Assembly: GCA_029856365.1 (NCBI GenBank)
Contig: JAHQWW010000020.1
Location: forward strand, 1-47,089
Source: Candidatus Hodarchaeota archaeon
Lineage (GTDB): Archaea > Asgardarchaeota > Heimdallarchaeia > Hodarchaeales > Hodarchaeaceae
Direction: 5' to 3'
Length of the DNA stretch: 47,089 nt
Position 1 is the stretch's first letter. Every line of letters begins with the position of its first letter. Below, piece after piece: positions 39,402 through 47,089 of this stretch. Under the pieces are notes generated by a model. The model was given only the letters and a program-made list of their open reading frames with translations, had not been told where the DNA came from and ran no database searches. A program made the position numbers and the translations under genes.

Positions 39402-40715
39402 ATGCTGAATGATCAATCTGAAATCGTAACCTTGGATAATAATCTTAGATTACAACTAGTATCGATTCCGGGTGGGAAAACGACTTTATTCGTGGTAGGT
39501 TTCCATGCAGGAGCAATGTATGAGGAAGGATTTGGCCCTGGATCAAATGATGGGATCAGTCATTTTATAGAACACATGTTCTTCAAAGGAACCCCTACAA
39601 GAACCACGAAGCAAGTAAACGAGGCGTTCACACGCTTGGGGGCTGATTTAAACGCAGGTACATCCTTTGATCATACAGCGTATTATGCAAAAGTCCCCAG
39701 TCGGAACTTACATAAAGCTGCAGAAATTTGGAAGGAATTGTTAGTTGATAAGACCATTGACCCAATAGAATTTAAAGCAGAGAAAGAAGTTATTTTACAA
39801 GAGATACAATTTCGTGCGGATATGCCAGAATTTGATACAAACCTTACAGTATGGAAAAAACATCTCATGGGTACAGCACTCGAACACAATATCCTTGGAA
39901 CACTTGATTCTGTAGCGGGTATTACCCCTGAAATGATGCTTGATTACATTGGGCGTCTGTATGCTTTTGATAATGCAATTGTAATTCTGGTCGGAGGTTT
40001 CGATTTAGAAGCAGAAAAACAATATTTAAGCTCTATTTTCAGTGACCCAATCGCTCAACCACGAAAGCACCCAATTTACCCACCAAATGTCGATTATCCT
40101 ACTCCAAAAAATGGTATGAGTAATATTTCCTTTTACAAAAAAGAACTCTCAAAACCCCTTTCTTATGTTGCTTTAGCTTGGACCTCTCCTGGCATTCGAT
40201 CAACAGATTTTTTCCCATTACTGTTACTAAATACATTCATTGGAAATTCACGCACTTCATTATTGTACAGGGAAGTAATTAGCAAAGGAATAGCCAGTGT
40301 TTGTCATTATGGATTTGAAGCTCTCTATGATGTTTCAATAGGTAATATTCTCTTTGTAACTCCTCCTGACAAGACAGAAGAAGTCTTTCAAAAGGTTATT
40401 GACCTAATGGTTACTGTTCGTGATCTCAAAATTTCCCCTCAAATCGCTACCGCGCTGAAAGAGGAAGTTTGGGGGTCCTATCTTTCTGAAATCGAGGATC
40501 CTAGTAATTATGGCATTGATCTTCTCCAAAAGTACATTAAATTCCACCAACCCCTCTCTGCAAATGAATTTCAGAAGAATATCTTTCAAATCAGCCCAGA
40601 AGATATTCAGAATGCAAAAGATAACTTACTAGAGAACTTCAACATAACAGTTTATGCTACTGGTACGGTTCCACAAAATTGGGAACCTCATTTCCCAAAA
40701 CATGGGCCCTGGTAA
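39402..40715 (+). CDS. M16B Zn-peptidase, catalytic subunit
   Basis: GISHFIEHMFFKGT, LNAGTSFDHT and EKEVILQE. Confidence 0.92.
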   Translation: MLNDQSEIVTLDNNLRLQLVSIPGGKTTLFVVGFHAGAMYEEGFGPGSNDGISHFIEHMFFKGTPTRTTKQVNEAFTRLGADLNAGTSFDHTAYYAKVPSRNLHKAAEIWKELLVDKTIDPIEFKAEKEVILQEIQFRADMPEFDTNLTVWKKHLMGTALEHNILGTLDSVAGITPEMMLDYIGRLYAFDNAIVILVGGFDLEAEKQYLSSIFSDPIAQPRKHPIYPPNVDYPTPKNGMSNISFYKKELSKPLSYVALAWTSPGIRSTDFFPLLLLNTFIGNSRTSLLYREVISKGIASVCHYGFEALYDVSIGNILFVTPPDKTEEVFQKVIDLMVTVRDLKISPQIATALKEEVWGSYLSEIEDPSNYGIDLLQKYIKFHQPLSANEFQKNIFQISPEDIQNAKDNLLENFNITVYATGTVPQNWEPHFPKHGPW

Positions 40716-40750
40716 CAATAACGAACGATATAAGGACAGAAGATGAGTAG

Positions 40751-41599
40751 ATGACTTTTACAACAGGCTTGACTATCCAAAAAATAAATGATATCCTTCC
40801 ATCGAAGTGGGTGGAAATAGCTTCAGCTATAGGACTACAGCACATTGAATTTGATCAGACAGTTTTTGAAGACATAGAGAACGTGATTCGTGTGTTGAAA
40901 GCACCTCAAACTGTAATTCATGCGCCTTATGTGGAAGACTACGGGATTGATCTTTCCTCAAACGATCAGATAGTCGATCAGTTTGTTAAAAACGTTATTG
41001 ATACTCAAGATGATTTACATACAATTGGAGTAGTAGTGCATCCCCCTACTGATGCTGGTGGTTCTTGGGAAATATTTTACAACAGGCTAGAGAAAATACC
41101 ATTCCCTTTACTTGAAAATATGCCATACCAATCGTGGGAGGATTTTCAGGAGTTTATAGAAAACACCAAAGCCAATGTTAGCAAGAAAATAGGAATGTGT
41201 TTCGACATTCCTCATTCATGGATTACAAATGGGGAAAAATTTTTAGAACTTCCTGAACCATGTTTGGAGTACTTACGAGCATCCTCAGGCTATATTCACA
41301 TCTCTGGAGGAACACGAGATGAAGATACACATTATCCGTTGTTAACAGAAGGGGATATGCCACTCAATCCAGTTAAAAACTTCTTAAATGACATTTCATT
41401 TTCTGGTACTGTCACAATGGAATTGGCTCCTCGATCTATTGACGATCTAGACAAAATCTTTAAGTCTTATATGCTTATGCTAAAGATTGCCCGAAAAAAT
41501 AAGCATAACTTCCAAGTGAAAATTAAGCGTCCTTTTATAATGCGAAAAGTTCGTAAATTAGCCAAGAAGAGTGGTTTAGGAAGTTTTAGCAAGAAATAA
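40751..41599 (+). CDS. Sugar-phosphate isomerase/epimerase (xylose isomerase-like / AP endonuclease 2 TIM barrel)
   Basis: IHAP, VVHP, LENMP, CFDIPH, IHISG, DTHYPL and TMEL. Confidence 0.85.
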   Translation: MTFTTGLTIQKINDILPSKWVEIASAIGLQHIEFDQTVFEDIENVIRVLKAPQTVIHAPYVEDYGIDLSSNDQIVDQFVKNVIDTQDDLHTIGVVVHPPTDAGGSWEIFYNRLEKIPFPLLENMPYQSWEDFQEFIENTKANVSKKIGMCFDIPHSWITNGEKFLELPEPCLEYLRASSGYIHISGGTRDEDTHYPLLTEGDMPLNPVKNFLNDISFSGTVTMELAPRSIDDLDKIFKSYMLMLKIARKNKHNFQVKIKRPFIMRKVRKLAKKSGLGSFSKK

Positions 41600-41723
41600 A
41601 ATAGTACATAATGGCAAAGTAAGTAGTTTAATTTATTTATTCTTTTTCTTATATGAAAATAACTCCGATTTTAGACAGGATCTATATCCTCCATTATTTC
41701 TTATATATTCAAGATGAAGATCT

Positions 41724-43382
41724 ATGAAAAATAAAAAATGGTGGCAAAAAGCAGTATTTTATCAGATATACCCCCGTTCATTCGCGGACAGCTCAAACAA
41801 TGGGATCGGTGATCTTCAAGGAATTATTAAACAATTAGACTATTTACAGGAGCTTGGGATTGATGCAATCTGGCTTTCACCTATTTTCCCCTCACCACAA
41901 GAAGATTATGGGTATGACGTCTCTGATTATGGAACGATTAACTCCGAATATGGTACAATGGCGGATTTTGATGAATTATTAGAGAAGACTCATTCTTTAG
42001 GGATTAAAATAATATTAGACATGGTATTGAACCATACTTCTGATCAGCATCCTTGGTTCCTTGAGGCACGAACAGATAGAGATAATCCTAAGCGTGAGTG
42101 GTATATCTGGAAAAATGGTAGAAATAAGAGAAAAAAGCCACCTAACAATTGGAAGTCTATTATTGGAGGATCAGCATGGGAATGGGACAAGAAAACACAA
42201 CAATTCTATCTACATCAATTTTTACCTTGTCAACCTGATCTTAATTGGCGTAACAACGAAGTTCAAGAAACCATGTTCAATTACTTACGCTTTTGGTTGG
42301 ATAAAGGCATAGATGGCTTTCGGTTAGATATTATCCATACTCTTTTCGAAGATAGTGGCTTTCGTGACAATCCACGAAGCTGGCGCCTCTTACCGTCAGC
42401 TAATTCCACCGCTTACCTATTTCAGAAACCAAAGTATACAAGTTTTCTCGGTGAAACAATTAATATGTGTACTCGCATTCGAAAACTTATTGATTCCTAT
42501 ACACCTGAAAGAATGCTTGTAGGGGAAGCGACAGGAGGCCCACGAATATTTCATTCTCTTTATGGTAAGGATAATGACGGTCTAAACCTTGTGTTCAATT
42601 ATAAATTTAGAGATCAACCATTTTCAGCTAAAAAGTTTAAAGAGACAATTCAAGAAACAGAAAACATCCTGAGCGAACCTTTATGGCCCTGTTATTTTTT
42701 TTCAAACCATGATAAAGCTCGTATGATCTCTCGATACAGGAATGATGAGAAAAAGTCAAAACTACTGTTATTCCTTCTCTTAACCTTACGAGGTACTCCT
42801 TTTATTTATTATGGAGAGGAACTTGGGATGCACCAAGTGAAAATTCCTAAGCAATCATTAAGAGATCCTATTGCAAATCTTCAAGTAATGCGTATTCCAA
42901 TAGGTAAGTTTTTCGGACGTGATGGGTGTCGTACTCCGATGCAATGGACAAGCTCCACTCGAAACGCTGGTTTTTCGTCAGATCCTAACACAGACCCTTG
43001 GTTACCAGTAGCAAAAAATTCACCAATTATCAATGTGGAAAAACAAAAAAACGACGGAAAGTCGATGTTGACCTTTTTTAAACGATTGATACAATTTCGT
43101 AAGACAAAGAGAGCTCTTACACAAGGTTCCCTTAAGTTTTTTCCTGTATCTAACAGGAATTGTCTTATTTTTGAACGTCGAGTAGAGACCGAGAGAATTC
43201 TAGTATTACTCAACTTTAATAAAAAGGGAATACAAATTTCCAATCCTTATCCCTCAGCTACCAAAGTATTTTCTACTTTAAATTTAGATATCTCATTAAA
43301 AACAGATAGATTGGTCTCACTTCATCCATTTGAAGGATTATTGCTAAGTTATAAAGGGAAAAACAATATATATGCGCAATAG
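41724..43382 (+). CDS. GH13 alpha-glucosidase / oligo-1,6-glucosidase
   Basis: YQIYPRSFAD, DMVLNHTSDQHPWF, QPDLNW, catalytic GFRLD / VGE / SNHD, and RDGCRTPMQW. Confidence 0.95.
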   Translation: MKNKKWWQKAVFYQIYPRSFADSSNNGIGDLQGIIKQLDYLQELGIDAIWLSPIFPSPQEDYGYDVSDYGTINSEYGTMADFDELLEKTHSLGIKIILDMVLNHTSDQHPWFLEARTDRDNPKREWYIWKNGRNKRKKPPNNWKSIIGGSAWEWDKKTQQFYLHQFLPCQPDLNWRNNEVQETMFNYLRFWLDKGIDGFRLDIIHTLFEDSGFRDNPRSWRLLPSANSTAYLFQKPKYTSFLGETINMCTRIRKLIDSYTPERMLVGEATGGPRIFHSLYGKDNDGLNLVFNYKFRDQPFSAKKFKETIQETENILSEPLWPCYFFSNHDKARMISRYRNDEKKSKLLLFLLLTLRGTPFIYYGEELGMHQVKIPKQSLRDPIANLQVMRIPIGKFFGRDGCRTPMQWTSSTRNAGFSSDPNTDPWLPVAKNSPIINVEKQKNDGKSMLTFFKRLIQFRKTKRALTQGSLKFFPVSNRNCLIFERRVETERILVLLNFNKKGIQISNPYPSATKVFSTLNLDISLKTDRLVSLHPFEGLLLSYKGKNNIYAQ

Positions 43383-43486
43383 AAAAGAATGGAAGGCTTA
43401 ATTACATTTTAAAAGGATAATAAGTTGTCATAACAAAAGCTGTTCTAAATATCAAAGTTTCTGTTAATACCTGTAGTAAAAACAAA

Positions 43487-44590
43487 CTATTTTTCGTTGA
43501 GGTTTAAATATCCACCATATTTTGCATGTATTGCACAGGTACCCTCATTACCTACCATGCAAGGACCCACGGGAGATTCAGGAGTACAAGCTTTGTTAAA
43601 AAGTGTACAATTTTCAGGATAAATTTTCCCTAGCATAACATCAGCACATCTACATCCTTTTGGTATGTCTCTAGAACTAGTTATTGGAATCTCCTCTTTT
43701 TCTCGAATATTGTATTGAGAAAATATGGGTGCTATTTCGAATCCTGATGATGGAATGACACCAATCCCTCTCCATTTTGCATCAATAATGGAATATGCTT
43801 TTTCCATTGCTGCTAAAGCAGTTTTATTTCCTTCTCGTGTAACTACTCGGGAGTAGAGGTTCTCTGTTTTAGAACGTGAGTGAATTAACTGTTGGAGAAT
43901 TGCTAAGATACCAAGCATCACATCAGCTGGTTCAAATCCTGCTACAACGATTGGAACATGATGTTCATCGCTTATAGGTTCATAAATACCGAAACCTGTT
44001 ATAGCAGATACATGTCCAGGTGCAATAAATCCGTCTACAGAAATATCGGGTTGTTCGATTAATACACTCATCGCAGGAGGTACAAGTCTATGAGAACTTA
44101 GAATGAAAAGATTAGAGGGAACCCGCTGATTTACAAGTTCAATAGCCACCGTTGGGGCTGTTGTTTCAAATCCAATAGCGAAAAAAGTTATTTTCTGCTG
44201 AGGATTATTCGTTGCTAGCTTAATCGAATCAAGAAAACTATAAACTACTCGAATATCAGCCCCTTCTGCTCTAGCAGAGAGAAGAGATCCCTGATTACTA
44301 GGAACTCGTGACATATCACCAAAAGTCGTTAAAGTGTACCCATTTTTCGCAAGCCAAATACTCTGTTCTATATCCTCATTAGGACAGACGCACACTGGGC
44401 AACCTGGGCCTGCGATTACCTCAATATTTGAAGGTAAAAGAGACCTAATACCCCAATGAGAGATGGTGTATTCATGAGTCCCGCAAACATGGCAAATCCG
44501 TATTTTACGATCAGCCAATTTATCTGCTAGTTTGTGAATTTTAGCTTTAATCTCCTCTATTATTCCAGGATCCTGAAATGATTTACTCAA
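43487..44590 (-). CDS. hypD: [NiFe]-hydrogenase maturation protein HypD
   Basis: VCGTHE, GPGCPVC, TFGDM, GFETTAP, PGHVS, GFEP and C-terminal Cys cluster GPCMV..EGTC. Confidence 0.97.
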   Translation of the reverse strand: MSKSFQDPGIIEEIKAKIHKLADKLADRKIRICHVCGTHEYTISHWGIRSLLPSNIEVIAGPGCPVCVCPNEDIEQSIWLAKNGYTLTTFGDMSRVPSNQGSLLSARAEGADIRVVYSFLDSIKLATNNPQQKITFFAIGFETTAPTVAIELVNQRVPSNLFILSSHRLVPPAMSVLIEQPDISVDGFIAPGHVSAITGFGIYEPISDEHHVPIVVAGFEPADVMLGILAILQQLIHSRSKTENLYSRVVTREGNKTALAAMEKAYSIIDAKWRGIGVIPSSGFEIAPIFSQYNIREKEEIPITSSRDIPKGCRCADVMLGKIYPENCTLFNKACTPESPVGPCMVGNEGTCAIHAKYGGYLNLNEK

Positions 44591-44689
44591 TTGATTTACT
44601 CCAATGAAAAAGGATAATAATGACAGGATCTACTTCTAATGGTTTATTTAAATTAATTTTCAGAAGAAAATAACAAACCGATATAGTTT

Positions 44690-46057
44690 CTAGAATTGTT
44701 CCAAATACTCTTGAAATTTAGTGTCTAGCTCTTCAACGGAGAATTGTGTGATTATTAGATCCTCATCTTTTTCATATTCAGGAAAACAACCTATAAGAAC
44801 TATCTCATCGTATTTTTCCGTAGTAATTATCGATTTTAAACTATTTTCATAAGAATCATGAAAGGCTTTATCCATAATCTCCAAAGGAGGAACAGTAACT
44901 AATAGTCTTTTCTTGGATGATGATAATGATATAAATGCGCCATGATTCTTTTGTAGAATACCTGTACTGAAATCCTTCTTTTTGTCAGCAAGAGCTTTAA
45001 TTGTTTTACCAGTAAGAGTTAAATGATTTTGATTTTTCTTCAAATTTTCTAATAATGGCCCCTTCCGTTCCTCTATACATCCTGCAAGCCACTTAATTGC
45101 TTCTCGAGGATTTCCGTGAGAATAGGCATAAGCTGATTCAATATCTGCTTTTTCTAAGGGCCATAAAGTATTCTGATCTGGTGGGAGTATCTCAAACTTT
45201 TGATGAAAATCATGCAACATTTGATTACAATAGTTTCGAATATCTTTTATCAAAAAACGCTTCAAAACAACTGGGGGTTCAATCCGACTTTGAACTGCTG
45301 TACTTGAAAGATCAAGGATTTTATCCCAGAGAGTAGCAAGACAGGCTAAGCATAAGATAAAATTTGAAGCCTCATTATGCATTTTTTTTAGAGTCTCAAG
45401 GAATTGAAGTTCTGATTCAGGGCCTAAGGCTATAAACAGAGATTCAAGTTCATCCACAAAAAAGATAATGGGCTTATCAATAATTTTTAAAATTACTTTG
45501 AGCGCAGCGAATGCTAATTCTTCATCATCCATTATTGTCCGTTTAAAGTTCGTTGTTTCTGCATCAATATCGAAACCTGTTAACCATTTCAAAGCCATTT
45601 TTGATTGTTTAGGATCTTTTAATGCAAAGAAGCCCTCAATCACAATATTACCCATGCCAGAATAATCAACAGCAGCATGTTCAACTTTTTGATACTTCTG
45701 TGTTAAGGCGTCAGATATGTACTCAAGAAGAGGTACTCCTCCTGCTTTAATTGTCTCAAAATAAAAGTGGGAATAAACTCGATTTGGATTAGTAGGAACA
45801 GGAATGTAGACTACATATGCATCTGTAATTGTTTCACGTAAGACCCAGTAGAAATGTGTCTTACCATAACCGGCTTCAGCTATTATGGGGAGGAGTACTG
45901 ATTTCCTTTTCTTTTTTCGAATAATTTCAAGAAATCGGATAACTTGTTTTAGGGCCTCTTTATTCGGACGATTCAGATTGAAAAACTCTGGAGTATCAGA
46001 ACGAGCTGTAAAATTATGGAATGGATTCTCTATAACTAATGAAGCCACATGAGTCAT
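44690..46057 (-). CDS. P-loop AAA-type ATPase (BrxD/RcaG-like)
   Basis: ENPF, Walker A AEAGYGKTH, LKWL.G, Walker B FFVDELESL, SRI and GNPRE. Confidence 0.75.
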   Translation of the reverse strand: MTHVASLVIENPFHNFTARSDTPEFFNLNRPNKEALKQVIRFLEIIRKKKRKSVLLPIIAEAGYGKTHFYWVLRETITDAYVVYIPVPTNPNRVYSHFYFETIKAGGVPLLEYISDALTQKYQKVEHAAVDYSGMGNIVIEGFFALKDPKQSKMALKWLTGFDIDAETTNFKRTIMDDEELAFAALKVILKIIDKPIIFFVDELESLFIALGPESELQFLETLKKMHNEASNFILCLACLATLWDKILDLSSTAVQSRIEPPVVLKRFLIKDIRNYCNQMLHDFHQKFEILPPDQNTLWPLEKADIESAYAYSHGNPREAIKWLAGCIEERKGPLLENLKKNQNHLTLTGKTIKALADKKKDFSTGILQKNHGAFISLSSSKKRLLVTVPPLEIMDKAFHDSYENSLKSIITTEKYDEIVLIGCFPEYEKDEDLIITQFSVEELDTKFQEYLEQF

Positions 46058-46063
46058 AATTAA

Positions 46064-46531
46064 TTACGCCTCAAACATCATGAAATAGAATACACCTGTA
46101 CCTGAGTTTGAATCAATGCCACCATGGACAGCGTGCGTTTTAGATAAAGCAGTTTGTAAGGTAATGACTCCTTTGTCATGTAAATCAAGCACTTTTTGAT
46201 TAAATAATGAATCAGGAATTCTTTTATCACTTAATATCCTACGAACATCAGGAATTCTCACAAGGGGTTTCATTGGGTTTGCAAGCTCACTATAGGCTTT
46301 TTTCAGGCAATTTAGAAATTCTTGATCTCCAATTGAAGTATTAGGATTCATCTCACGAGAAAGGTTTTTCTCACCATCAGAAGTAATCTGAAATACATTC
46401 TTGGTTCCACGCTTTATACGAACATACCCTTTATCGGCCAGTTCATGCAGCAAGGCTCTTTCAGCCTCAGTTCGTGCATAATATCCTGATTCACCAAGGA
46501 ATTGGAGAATTTGAAGGTAGGAAGTTTCCAT
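46064..46531 (-). CDS. Two-wHTH DNA-binding protein (RcaD-like C-terminus), coupled to the ATPase
   Basis: LADKGYV...FQITSDG wing and C-terminal LVRIPDVRR...FNQKVLDLHDKGVITL...GGI...GVFYFM. 6-bp gap to the ATPase. Confidence 0.65.
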   Translation of the reverse strand: METSYLQILQFLGESGYYARTEAERALLHELADKGYVRIKRGTKNVFQITSDGEKNLSREMNPNTSIGDQEFLNCLKKAYSELANPMKPLVRIPDVRRILSDKRIPDSLFNQKVLDLHDKGVITLQTALSKTHAVHGGIDSNSGTGVFYFMMFEA

Positions 46532-46709
46532 AATAATCGTCTTCTTGGCTTTAGCTTGTCAGTTTAAACATTGGTTTAAGAAATAGCTTTAGTTCAATTC
46601 AATTCAGGATGAAATCCTAATTTATCCAGTATTAGTCATCATTGAAGTTAAAAATATAGGTTGCTAACATCAGGGTATTATCAAGGATTCAATGAGGATA
46701 TAATTTAGG

Positions 46710-47089
46710 TCATTTTACAGGCAAATAAACGAAGAAAATTACGAAGAGGGGATTCTAAATTTCATAGAATCTCAGATGGAAATGTACCATTTCTTAACGG
46801 AATGGGACAGAAAGAAATTAAAGGATAGGGAAGATTTGTAAATATAATCTCTTTTTAATAGTAAACATCCTGTAATTCAAGAAACAAAGGGTGATTCCGC
46901 AATGATTCTTGATGATTTAACTAAAATAACTGAACTAGATACACAGAATATGTTTCAGATGGTATATAGTTGGGCTGAACTTGTTGAAGAGATACTTCAA
47001 TATTCCTTTGAGGTTCCAACTAAAGCAGAAGTGGGGAGATATACAATTTCATATGAAAGGATCAATCTTATTTCACAAATAGTGATCTG
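46710..47089 (+). pseudogene. Interrupted hypothetical reading frame running off the window
   Basis: One frame reads SFYRQINEENYEEGILNFIESQMEMYHFLTEWDRKKLKDREDL*I*SLFNSKHP...MILDDLTKITELD...SQIVI. Either a decayed gene or a new gene starting at ATG ~46902. Confidence 0.3.

Noticed and set aside
1-47089. CRISPR array, tRNA or rRNA genes
   Set aside because: No regularly spaced repeats, cloverleaf-like GC-rich segments or rRNA signatures were seen on reading.

Overview
AT-rich (roughly one-third GC) archaeal chromosome segment, most consistent with an Asgard archaeon (Heimdallarchaeia/Hodarchaeales-like). This assignment is inferred from a NosD-type beta-helix surface protein with a Thr-rich C-terminal anchor, GGTG-type RBSs, TATA-like promoters, a MIT-AAA Vps4-like ATPase and many wHTH proteins. 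The window has three zones. (1) 1-17.2 kb is an accessory patchwork: an IS4-family element, several gene relics, surface and membrane proteins, an orphan N6-adenine MTase and a duplicated CDF transporter. (2) ~17.2-28.5 kb is a compact, apparently undescribed module: a truncated TGT/DpdA-like gene, a coiled-coil protein and a membrane protein, divergent from a cluster encoding a MIT-domain Vps4-like AAA+ ATPase, a YdjM-like membrane hydrolase, a membrane-anchored surface protein, a membrane-anchored HerA/VirB4-like ATPase with destroyed Walker motifs, and a 1088-aa PD-(D/E)XK nuclease with four tandem wHTH repeats. (3) 28.5-47 kb holds more core-like genes: DUF362, MFS, Mrp/NBP35, an M16 peptidase pair, GH13, hypD and a wHTH+ATPase pair. 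Zone 3 also contains a double-Lrp-HTH regulator divergent from an unannotated 50-aa secreted-prepeptide gene, a candidate peptide-signalling cassette. No rRNA, tRNA or CRISPR array was seen. All family assignments come from motif recognition by eye, not from database searches.
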